In this document: positions 9,703-17,409 of the stretch, piece after piece
How the letters are laid out: the number at the start of each line of letters is the position of its first letter
How positions within the stretch are numbered: the first letter of the stretch is position 1
Assembly: GCA_963817245.1 (NCBI GenBank)
Contig: CAWFNQ010000001.1
Location: forward strand, 797,231-861,230
DNA from: an uncultured Chloroflexia bacterium
GTDB lineage: Bacteria > Chloroflexota > Limnocylindria > Limnocylindrales > CSP1-4
Length of the DNA: 64,000 nucleotides
Direction of reading: 5' to 3'
Position numbers and translations under genes: made by a program
Notes under the pieces: model-generated
What the model was told of the DNA's origin: nothing
The model's input: the letters and a program-made list of their open reading frames with translations, nothing else
Databases searched by the model: none

Positions 9703-10287
9703 CATCGACAGGGCGTTCAGGCGAGCGATGGGGTCGAAGGCGTCCGCGTCGTCGACGTGTCCGTTCGTCGCGGCGGTGATCGAGGTCGGGCGCTGCGCCG
9801 TTGAGCGGGGCGGCCGGACCAGGCGTCGGCGCCGGAGCGACCCCGTCGGTCGCGATCGTGAACGGGGCGGCCCCGTTCGCGCCGATCGGTTCGGCGGACG
9901 ATGGCGCATGCAGGCTCAGCGGGGCGCAGGTCAGGCAGCGGCCCTCGGCGTCGTTCCAGCAGTTCGGACAGGTGTACTGCCGGCACTGCATGCAGAAGTT
10001 GAACGTCTGGTGGAAGGCGTCGAGCTGTGAGGTCGTGACCTCCCGGTCCGTATCGCTCCGGGCGGCGGCCATGGCCTCATCGAGCGACGTCTTGTCGTCG
10101 AGGACGAAATTCTTCAGCCCGCGCGTCAAGACCTTGGCCCGCCGCATCTTGATCTTCGGGGCCGCGGACTCGAACGTGTAGCGCGAGCCACAGCGTTCGC
10201 AGAACGATTCGGTCAGGATCTCGGTCATGGTGCCCTGGGTGCGCTGAGGACATGCAGGGACGGTCGCACCGCCCGAACAGGGCCGAG

Positions 10288-10293
10288 AGTATA
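10288..10293 (-). promoter_or_regulatory. Candidate -10 box TATACT (minus strand) for the zinc-ribbon gene
   Basis: An AT-rich hexamer in an otherwise very GC-rich 217-nt divergent intergenic region, about 55 nt upstream of ATG 10228. Confidence 0.3.
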
Positions 10294-10424
10294 GCCCAGG
10301 GTCCCGAGCGTTCCCCCCACGGGGGTACCGCCCCACAGCGGCGGATGGTCCGGGCCGCGGGACCCCGTGGGAGGGTCGCGCGCACCCGACCGGGACAAGC
10401 TCCGCCGGGGTTCCGGGGACCCTG

Positions 10425-10433
10425 TGGTAGAGT
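10425..10433 (+). promoter_or_regulatory. Candidate extended -10 (TGgTAGAGT) for the fhaA operon
   Basis: TG-N-TAGAGT ends 12 nt before ATG 10446 and there is no SD sequence. This suggests a leaderless or very short leader transcript. Confidence 0.3.
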
Positions 10434-10445
10434 CCGCCACCGACC

Positions 10446-11228
10446 ATGCCGCCGCTGGCCGCCATCGAGCGGTTCTTCGAACGCCTCTTCGAGCGCCCGA
10501 CCGCCCGGCTGTTCCGGACCCGACTGCAGCCCGTCCAACTCCAGCGTCGGATCGAGCGGGCGATGGAGAGCGAGCGGCTCGCCGCGTCCGACCGGACCCT
10601 CGTCCCGAACCGGTTCGTCGTCCACCTCCACCCGAGCGACCTGGAGGCCTTCGAGGACATGGAGCAGTCCCTCGCCTCCGAGCTCGCCGACGAGGCCCTC
10701 GTCTTCGCGCGCGCGCATCGATACACGCTGGTCGACCGGCCGCGGGTCGACCTCGTGGCCGACGACACCGTCGAGCGCTCCGACATCCGCGTCGTCGCGC
10801 GGTTCGCCGATCCGATCGCCGGCCGGACGGGCCTCGGGGACGCCCCGGATGGAGCGCCGAACGGCCACGCCGGTGGCGCGGGCGAGCCGGTCGCCACGAT
10901 GGTCTTCGCGGTCCCGCAGCCGGCCATCCCGCGCGCCCGCCTGCGCGTCCACGAGTCGAGCGGCGGGACGCGGGTCGTCGGGATCGGCGCCGGTCTGACC
11001 ATCGGCCGTGCTGCCGACAACGACGTCGTCCTCCGCGACGAACGGGTCTCGCGCCACCACGCGCGCATCGCCGGGAGGCGCGGCTCCCTCGTCCTGAGCG
11101 ACCTGGGCAGCACGAACGGGACCGAGGTCAACGGCCAGCGCGTGAGCGACGTGGTGCTCGGCGCCGGGGACCGGATCCGCATGGGCGAGACCACGCTCGA
11201 GGTCGAGGTCGATGAGGCCTCGAGCTGA
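10446..11228 (+). CDS. fhaA: FhaA-like protein (DUF3662 N-domain plus C-terminal FHA domain)
   Basis: MPPLAAIERFFERLFERPTARLF...VPNRFVVHLHPSD (FhaA N-domain). FHA: TIGRAADNDVVLRDERVSRHHARI...LGSTNGTEVNGQRV. Confidence 0.85.
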   Translation: MPPLAAIERFFERLFERPTARLFRTRLQPVQLQRRIERAMESERLAASDRTLVPNRFVVHLHPSDLEAFEDMEQSLASELADEALVFARAHRYTLVDRPRVDLVADDTVERSDIRVVARFADPIAGRTGLGDAPDGAPNGHAGGAGEPVATMVFAVPQPAIPRARLRVHESSGGTRVVGIGAGLTIGRAADNDVVLRDERVSRHHARIAGRRGSLVLSDLGSTNGTEVNGQRVSDVVLGAGDRIRMGETTLEVEVDEASS

Positions 11229-11665
11229 TGGACGGCGCGCTCGTCCTGCTGTGGCTCCTGCGCCTACTGTTCCTGGGGCTGCTGTACGTCTTCCTGTATC
11301 GGGTCGTCCGGGCCCTGCTCCACGACCTGCGGACCGCGACCCACGAGGCCACAGCCGAGCTCGGACGGCTCGTCGTCGTCGCCTCGCCGGCGGGTGAGCC
11401 GGTCGCCGGCACGGCCCTGTCGCTCGATGCCATCACGACGCTCGGTCGCGACGTGAACAACTCCATCGTCGTCGATGACCCATTCGCCTCGGCGGAGCAC
11501 GCGATCCTGACGTTCCGCGGGCGCGGCTGGTATCTCGAGGACCTCGAGAGCACGAACGGGACCTACGTGAACGGGACGCGCATCGAGGCCGTCTCGCCCC
11601 TCACCTTCGGCGACGAGGTCCAGATCGGTCAGGTCCGGCTGCGCCTCGAGCGAGCCAGGCGATGA
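11228..11665 (+). CDS. fhaB: FhaB/FipA-like membrane-anchored FHA-domain protein
   Basis: N-terminal TM LVLLWLLRLLFLGLLYVFLY. FHA: TLGRDVNNSIVVDDPFASAEHAIL...ESTNGTYVNG. TGATG overlap with fhaA. Confidence 0.85.
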   Translation: MDGALVLLWLLRLLFLGLLYVFLYRVVRALLHDLRTATHEATAELGRLVVVASPAGEPVAGTALSLDAITTLGRDVNNSIVVDDPFASAEHAILTFRGRGWYLEDLESTNGTYVNGTRIEAVSPLTFGDEVQIGQVRLRLERARR

Positions 11666-13098
11666 GCGCGGGCCACGCCCCGGCCATCGACCGGCGTCGG
11701 GCGACCGGCCTGCCCGGTGTCCTCGGCCGCATCCGGCCGCGGCCTCGCTGGGTCGAGGCGCGCCTGCTCGCGCTCGTCGCCATCACGCTCGTGGTCGGCA
11801 GCCTCTCGCTCGGGGCGACGACCGGCGGTCACGTGCGGCTCGCCGAGCCGATCCAGCTCCTGCTCTACCTGGCGGCCCTCGCCGGGGCGCACATCGCCCA
11901 GGTGCTCGCGGGCCGCCGGACCGACCAGGTCCTGCTGCCGGTCGTCGCGATGCTCGGCGGGATCTCGCTGCTGCTCATGGAGCGGCTCCCGCAGGACCTG
12001 GTCGTCCAGGGCTGGTTCGGCGGCGCCGTGGGCCTGGCGACGGTCCAGCTCGTCTGGCTGCTCCTCGCGGTCGCCATCACGACGACGCTCGCGATCGTGG
12101 TCCGTTCGGACGCGTGGCTGCGGCGCTACAAGTACACCTGGGCGGCGGCCGGCGTCGGCCTGCTGCTGCTCACCTTCGTCCTCGGCACGGACGTGAACGG
12201 CTCGCGGCTGACGCTCCAGATCGGGCCGCTGAGCGGCCAGCCGTCCGAGTTGCTGAAGGTCATCCTCGTCGTGTTCCTGGCCGGCTACCTGTCCGAGAAC
12301 CGGCCGCTCCTCATGGAGCAGGACACGCGGATCGGACCGCTGCGCCTCCCACCACTGCCGTACCTGGCGCCGATGGTCGCGATGTGGGCGATCGCGCTGC
12401 TCATCGTGGTCGTCCAGCGCGACCTCGGGGCGGCCCTCCTGTTCTTCGCGGTCTTCCTGGCGCTCCTCTACGTCGCGACCGGCCGGGTCAGCCTCGTCGT
12501 GATGGGGCTCGTGCTGTTCGTCCTCGGCAGCATGCTCATGGCGACGGTCTTCGAGCACGTCCGGACCCGGATCGACATCTGGCTCGATCCGTTCGCCGAC
12601 CCGCTCGGCGCCGGGTACCAGGTCGTGCAGGCGCTGCACGCCTTCGCGCGCGGCGGCCTGCTCGGTGTCGGGCTCGGGGCCGGGTTGCCCCTGGTCGGCG
12701 GCCGGCTGCCGATCCCCGAGGTCCACACGGACTTCCCGCTCGCGGCGCTCGGCGAGGAGCTCGGCGTCGTCGGGATCATGGCCATCCTCGGCCTGTACCT
12801 CGTCGTCATCGAGCGGGGGCTGCGCATCGGCGCCGCCGCGGCCGACGACTTCCGCGCGTTGCTGGCGGTGGGCCTCTCGCTGGTCATCGGGATCCAGGCG
12901 TTCATCATCGCGGCCGGCAATCTCAAGGTCCTGCCGCTGACCGGCGTGACGCTCCCGTTCATCAGTTACGGCGGCTCGTCGATCCTGGTGAACGCGGTCG
13001 TCATCGGACTCCTGCTCGCGCTGTCGGACAAGGGCGTCGAACCGCCCCCGCCACCCGCCCCGCCTCGGCGCGGGCGCCTTCGCCGGCGGCCGGCATGA
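11662..13098 (+). CDS. rodA: FtsW/RodA/SpoVE-family peptidoglycan glycosyltransferase
   Basis: Polytopic. LQPSELLKV..., TDFPLAALGEELGVVG, LPLTGVTLPFISYGGSS. ATGA overlap with fhaB. Followed by a class B PBP. Confidence 0.88.
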   Translation: MSAGHAPAIDRRRATGLPGVLGRIRPRPRWVEARLLALVAITLVVGSLSLGATTGGHVRLAEPIQLLLYLAALAGAHIAQVLAGRRTDQVLLPVVAMLGGISLLLMERLPQDLVVQGWFGGAVGLATVQLVWLLLAVAITTTLAIVVRSDAWLRRYKYTWAAAGVGLLLLTFVLGTDVNGSRLTLQIGPLSGQPSELLKVILVVFLAGYLSENRPLLMEQDTRIGPLRLPPLPYLAPMVAMWAIALLIVVVQRDLGAALLFFAVFLALLYVATGRVSLVVMGLVLFVLGSMLMATVFEHVRTRIDIWLDPFADPLGAGYQVVQALHAFARGGLLGVGLGAGLPLVGGRLPIPEVHTDFPLAALGEELGVVGIMAILGLYLVVIERGLRIGAAAADDFRALLAVGLSLVIGIQAFIIAAGNLKVLPLTGVTLPFISYGGSSILVNAVVIGLLLALSDKGVEPPPPPAPPRRGRLRRRPA

Positions 13099-14594
13099 GC
13101 TGGAGCCACGCGACCGGTCGCCGCCCGCTCGGCCGTGGCATCGTCCACCTCGCGGTGGTCCTGTCGCTCGCCTTCGGGACCCTCGGCGCGGCCCTCGGGT
13201 ACTGGGGGGTCATCCGCGCAACGGACCTCTCGACCGCGGCGGACGATCCCGCGGTCATCGCCGCCGCCCGGACCGTCCCTCGCGGCCAGATCCTCGACCG
13301 CGACGGCAAGGTCCTCGCCCGGAACAAGAAGGACCAGCACGGCGAGTACTACCGCGTGTACGCCGGCGATGCCATCAGCCACGTGGTCGGCTACGCCTCG
13401 CGCCAGTACGGCCGGGCCGGGCTCGAGCGGACCTATGACGCGGAACTCGCCGGGTTGGCCGGCGATCCCCTGGCCGACGCGCTGCGCAAGTTCGGGGCGA
13501 CGCCCTATGACCCCAAGACGCTGACGCTGTCCCTGTCGCTCGACCTCCAGCGCGCGGCCGTCCGGGCGCTCGGGACGCACAAGGGCGCGGTCGTCATGCT
13601 CGACCCGCGGACGGGCGAGGTCCTCGCCCTCGCGTCGACGCCGACGTACGACGCGTCGGCGATCGCCGACCCGGCCACTGCCGTCAAGACGTTCCAGGGG
13701 CTCCTCGACGACAAGGACCAGCCCCTGCTCCCGCGCGCGACGATCGGGCGGTACGTGCCCGGGTCGGTGTTCAAGATCGTGACCGCCGTGGCCGGGCTCG
13801 GGTCAGGGGCTGTCACCGCCGACACGACCTACGCCGAGCAGCCGAAGGCCGAGAAGGACGGGCTGCTGGTCGACGGCTTCCGCATCCGCGACGGGCATCA
13901 CCCCGAGACGGGCTCGAAGCGCCTGGCCTTCCTCGACGCGACCGAGGTCTCGTGCAACATCTGGTACGCCCTTACGGGCCTGCGGACCGGCGGCGACAAG
14001 CTCGTCGAGTACGCCGACCGGATGGGCTTCGACAAGCCCATCCCGTTCGACCTGCCGACGGCGGTCTCGCAGGTCACCGGCGGCGGTGGTTCCGAGCCCG
14101 GCGGCTTCGCCGATGACGTCGAGCTCGCGAATGCCGCCTACGGCCAGGCCGAGACCTTCGTCACGCCGCTGCAGATGGCCCTCGTGGCCTCGACGGTGGC
14201 CGATGATGGCGTCCTGATGACGCCGCACCTCGTGACCGCCATGACCGGCAAACGCAGCGGGACCCGGACGATCGGGCCGTCGCGCCTCGCCACGGTCGTC
14301 GACCCGACCATCGCCCGCGAGATCAAGGCCGCGATGGTCCAGGCGGTCGAGGGCGACCTCGGGCGGCAGTTCACGTCGGGCGCCAAGGTCCCGGGCGTCA
14401 CGACCGCCGGCAAATCGGGTACGGCCGAGCTGGGCGGCACGGGCGAGCCGCACTCCTGGTTCATCGGGTTCGCGCCGGCCGAAGCGCCGACCGTGGCGAT
14501 CGCGGTGATCGTCGAGCAGGGCGGACGCGGTGGCGAGACGGCGGCGCCCATCGCCGGCGACCTGATGGCCCGCTGGCTCGGGCGGGGCTCGTGA
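13095..14594 (+). CDS. pbpA: Class B penicillin-binding protein (PbpA-like transpeptidase)
   Basis: Internal ATG at 13095 (MSWSHATGRRPLG, TM) within ORF 12114..14594. Motifs SVFKIVTA (SxxK), SCN, KSGTAE (KSG, KTG-like). ATGA overlap with rodA. Confidence 0.88.
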   Translation: MSWSHATGRRPLGRGIVHLAVVLSLAFGTLGAALGYWGVIRATDLSTAADDPAVIAAARTVPRGQILDRDGKVLARNKKDQHGEYYRVYAGDAISHVVGYASRQYGRAGLERTYDAELAGLAGDPLADALRKFGATPYDPKTLTLSLSLDLQRAAVRALGTHKGAVVMLDPRTGEVLALASTPTYDASAIADPATAVKTFQGLLDDKDQPLLPRATIGRYVPGSVFKIVTAVAGLGSGAVTADTTYAEQPKAEKDGLLVDGFRIRDGHHPETGSKRLAFLDATEVSCNIWYALTGLRTGGDKLVEYADRMGFDKPIPFDLPTAVSQVTGGGGSEPGGFADDVELANAAYGQAETFVTPLQMALVASTVADDGVLMTPHLVTAMTGKRSGTRTIGPSRLATVVDPTIAREIKAAMVQAVEGDLGRQFTSGAKVPGVTTAGKSGTAELGGTGEPHSWFIGFAPAEAPTVAIAVIVEQGGRGGETAAPIAGDLMARWLGRGS

Positions 14595-14914
14595 CCGACC
14601 ACGGGGCACCCGCCGCGGACCAGCCATCCCCGGCGGACCGGCCGTCCCCGGCCGATGACGGGACCCCGGCCGACGACGACGACAGGACGCCCGCCGACGG
14701 CCACCCGCCGACGCCGAACGAGACACCGCCGGCGACCCCGCGCCCGGTCATCGAGCGCATCGGCCTGGCGTTCATCGCACTCGTGCTCGCGATCATGTTC
14801 GGCGGCGTGTCGGCGGCGTCGTGGGTCGGCGGCGAGCCGTTCCTGGCGGTCATGGGCGGGGTCGGCTGCCTGATGACGGTCTGGGTCGGGGTCATCACGC
14901 TGCTGCGCGGCTGA
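14591..14914 (+). CDS. Small proline-rich protein with two C-terminal TM helices
   Basis: GTGA overlap with the pbpA stop. High GC3. IGLAFIALVLAIMFGGV and FLAVMGGVGCLMTVWVGVITLL. No family recognised; a CrgA-like role is only a guess. Confidence 0.6.
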   Translation: MTDHGAPAADQPSPADRPSPADDGTPADDDDRTPADGHPPTPNETPPATPRPVIERIGLAFIALVLAIMFGGVSAASWVGGEPFLAVMGGVGCLMTVWVGVITLLRG

Positions 14915-15102
14915 CACAGGTTGAACGATTCGGCCACCTTCCGGCATCTATAGCGTGAAGAGAGGGAGGGGCCATGCCGAACCAGGCTTTGCGGGACGAC
15001 GTACTATCCTCCGACGACGAACGAGCCGAACCGCGCTCGTCGTACCCCGAACGCCGCCCACCCGTGGTGTCCCTGGTGACGCCCACCCCACGAGAGAGGC
15101 CG

Positions 15103-16110
15103 ATGACGAAGATCCAGGAGACCGGCGATCGCGTCCTCGCCAACGTCGAGCACGTCATCGTCGGCAAGCATCATGAAGTCCGACTCGCCCTGGTCGCGCT
15201 CCTGTGCCGCGGCCACCTGCTGATCGAGGATGTCCCCGGGACCGGCAAGACGGTGCTCGCCAAGGCCATCGCGCGTAGCCTCGGCTGCTCGTTCCGGCGC
15301 ATCCAGTTCACGCCGGACCTCCTGCCGTCCGACGTGTCCGGGCTGTCGATCTACAACCAGAAGACCCAGGAGTTCGAGTTCCGCCCGGGCCCGATCATGA
15401 GCCAGGTGGTCCTCGCCGATGAGATCAACCGGGCCACGCCCAAGACCCAGTCCTCGCTCCTCGAATGCATGGAGGAGCGCCAGGCGACCATCGACGGCAC
15501 CACCTACCCGATGCCCGACCCGTTCCTCGTGATCGCGACCCAGAACCCGATCGAGTACGAAGGGACCTTCGCCCTGCCCGAGGCCCAGCTCGACCGGTTC
15601 ATGATCCGTCTCCGCCTCGGCTATCCCCAGCCGATCGAGGAGATCGTCATCCTCGACGAGCAGAAGCGCACGCACCCGCTCGAGGAGCTCCAGGAGGTCG
15701 TGAGCGTCGAGGAGCTCCGCGAGATGCAGGAGGCCGTCCGCGAGATCTATGTCGACTCGAGCGTCGCGGACTACATCGTCCGGCTCGTCAACGCGACGCG
15801 GAATCACCCGGACGTGTACCTCGGCGCCTCGCCGCGTGGCTCGATCGCGCTTTACCGTGCCGGTCAGGCCCTGGCCGCGATGCTCGGCCGCGACTACGTC
15901 ATCCCAGACGACGTCAAGGCGCTCGCCGAACCGGCGCTCGCCCATCGGCTGATCATCAAGACCAGCTCGTCGATCCACGATGTCCAGGCCGGACAGGTCG
16001 TGCGGGAGCTGCTCGAGACGACGTCGGTCGAAGGGATCCGGCCTACCGGGACCGGCGGCCCGACCGAGCTCCGAGGGGTCCCTGGCCAGGCCTCGGTCCC
16101 CGGCGCGTAG
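15103..16110 (+). CDS. MoxR-family AAA+ ATPase
   Basis: [59 protein letters not shown] chose ATG 15103 (GAGAGAGG upstream) because GC3 drops to about 72% in the 14974-15102 extension. Confidence 0.85.
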   Translation: MTKIQETGDRVLANVEHVIVGKHHEVRLALVALLCRGHLLIEDVPGTGKTVLAKAIARSLGCSFRRIQFTPDLLPSDVSGLSIYNQKTQEFEFRPGPIMSQVVLADEINRATPKTQSSLLECMEERQATIDGTTYPMPDPFLVIATQNPIEYEGTFALPEAQLDRFMIRLRLGYPQPIEEIVILDEQKRTHPLEELQEVVSVEELREMQEAVREIYVDSSVADYIVRLVNATRNHPDVYLGASPRGSIALYRAGQALAAMLGRDYVIPDDVKALAEPALAHRLIIKTSSSIHDVQAGQVVRELLETTSVEGIRPTGTGGPTELRGVPGQASVPGA

Positions 16111-16152
16111 GACCCGGATCGACCCAGCGATGCGAGGCGGAGGTCAGCGCCG

Positions 16153-17409
16153 ATGATCCGACGCCTCGAGGTGCTCATCGTCGCCACGATCCTGGTCGTG
16201 GCCGCGTTCTCGACCGGGGATCCGTTCCTCTTCTACCTGCTCTATCTCTCGATCCTGGTCATCGGCGGCTCGTACGTGCTCGTGCGACTCGGCCTGACCG
16301 ACCTCGAGGCCGGGTACGCGGTCAGCCAGCTCCACGGCCACGTCGGCGACAAGTTGCGGGTCACGTACACGATGCGCAACAGCAGCCGCTTGCCCAAGCT
16401 GTGGCTGGAGATCCACAACCCGACGACCCTCCCGGGCGCACTGCCCGGGCGGGCGCTCACGCTGCCGGGACGGAGCGAGCGTTCGTGGCTCATCCGCCTG
16501 CCGCTCTCGCGGCGCGGCCACTTCCGGATCGAGCCGCTGCACATCCGCACGGGCGACCCGTTCGGCTTCTTCGAGGCCGCCGCGACGGTCGGACAGGGCG
16601 TGTCCGTCGTGGTCTACCCGCGGCTCGAGCCGATCCCGGCGTGGCGACTCCCGGCGGCCATCCTCGAAGGGAGCCACGCGTCCCCGGAGCGGACCCTGCA
16701 GACCACCCCGCTGGCCACGACCGTCCGCCCCTACGCCCCGGGCGACAGCATGAACCGCATCCATTGGCGCTCGACGGCCCGGCACGGCGAGATCCAGGTC
16801 AAGGAATTCGACCTCGAGCAGACCGCCGACGCCTGGATCGTGCTCGACCTCCAGCGTGGCATCGGCGGGGGCCGCGGCGACGAATCGACGACGGAGGCCG
16901 CCATCCGGGCGGCGGCCGCCATCTCCGACAAGGCGATCTCCGAGAACCGGGCCGTGGGGATGACCGTGAACAGCAGCCGGACGGCGTTCCTCCCGGCCGA
17001 CCGCGGCGGCCGCCAGCACCAGAAGATCATGCAGCTCCTGGCGGCCGTCGAGGCCGACGGGAACGCGCCGCTCGTCGAGACGCTGATCGCGACCGTCGGC
17101 CGCCTGCGCCGCGGCATGACCGCGGTGGTCATCACGCCGTCGATGGACACTTCGTGGATCCGCCCCCTCGCGAGCCTCCGTTCGCGTGGCGTCTCGTGCG
17201 TCGCCGTCACCCTCGACGTTGCGGCCTTCGACCGGTTCGCGCGCGAGGCGGCCGCGTCCATCGGCGCCGACCGCCCGGCGCCCGATGCGGCGGCCGAGGA
17301 GACGATCGCGAAGCGGCAGCGAGCGCTCCGTCATGCGCTGGCCGAATACGAGCTGCCGACCTATACCGTCGTCCCCGGCCGTCCGCTCGGGGAGCTGCTG
17401 GTCCGATGA
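16153..17409 (+). CDS. DUF58 (vWA-like) protein, MoxR partner
   Basis: Two N-terminal TM segments. RPYAPGDSMNRIHWRSTARHGEIQVKEF signature. Confidence 0.85.
   Translation: MIRRLEVLIVATILVVAAFSTGDPFLFYLLYLSILVIGGSYVLVRLGLTDLEAGYAVSQLHGHVGDKLRVTYTMRNSSRLPKLWLEIHNPTTLPGALPGRALTLPGRSERSWLIRLPLSRRGHFRIEPLHIRTGDPFGFFEAAATVGQGVSVVVYPRLEPIPAWRLPAAILEGSHASPERTLQTTPLATTVRPYAPGDSMNRIHWRSTARHGEIQVKEFDLEQTADAWIVLDLQRGIGGGRGDESTTEAAIRAAAAISDKAISENRAVGMTVNSSRTAFLPADRGGRQHQKIMQLLAAVEADGNAPLVETLIATVGRLRRGMTAVVITPSMDTSWIRPLASLRSRGVSCVAVTLDVAAFDRFAREAAASIGADRPAPDAAAEETIAKRQRALRHALAEYELPTYTVVPGRPLGELLVR

Larger units (their letters stand above)
8296..10228 (-). pseudogene. Double zinc-ribbon, P/A/E/V-rich repeat protein; reading frame broken at least three times as written
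   Basis: N-terminus MTEILTESFCERCGSRYTF...FCMQCRQYTCPNCWNDAEGRCLTCAP (frame of the 985-aa ORF, ATG at 10228). C-terminus ...CVSCGLSLSATARFCRRCGTAQHA (frame of ORF 8296..9369). Length 1933 nt is 3n+1. GC3 and amino-acid composition show frame switches near 9780, 9630 and 8762. Confidence 0.7.

Noticed and set aside
8237-11194. 985-aa minus-strand ORF taken as one gene.
   Set aside because: Its first 322 codons are antisense read-through of fhaA. The real start is ATG 10228. Its last about 170 codons are out of frame (Arg-rich); the genuine C-terminus with a zinc ribbon is in the frame of ORF 8296..9369.
14974-15102. 43-codon N-terminal extension of the MoxR ATPase, from ATG 14974 with an AGGGAGGGG SD.
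   Set aside because: GC3 is only about 72%, against about 92% in the body. The stretch contains rare codons (gta, cta, ttg). MoxR homologs start about 20 residues before the VIVGK motif, which fits ATG 15103. I keep it as an alternative start only.
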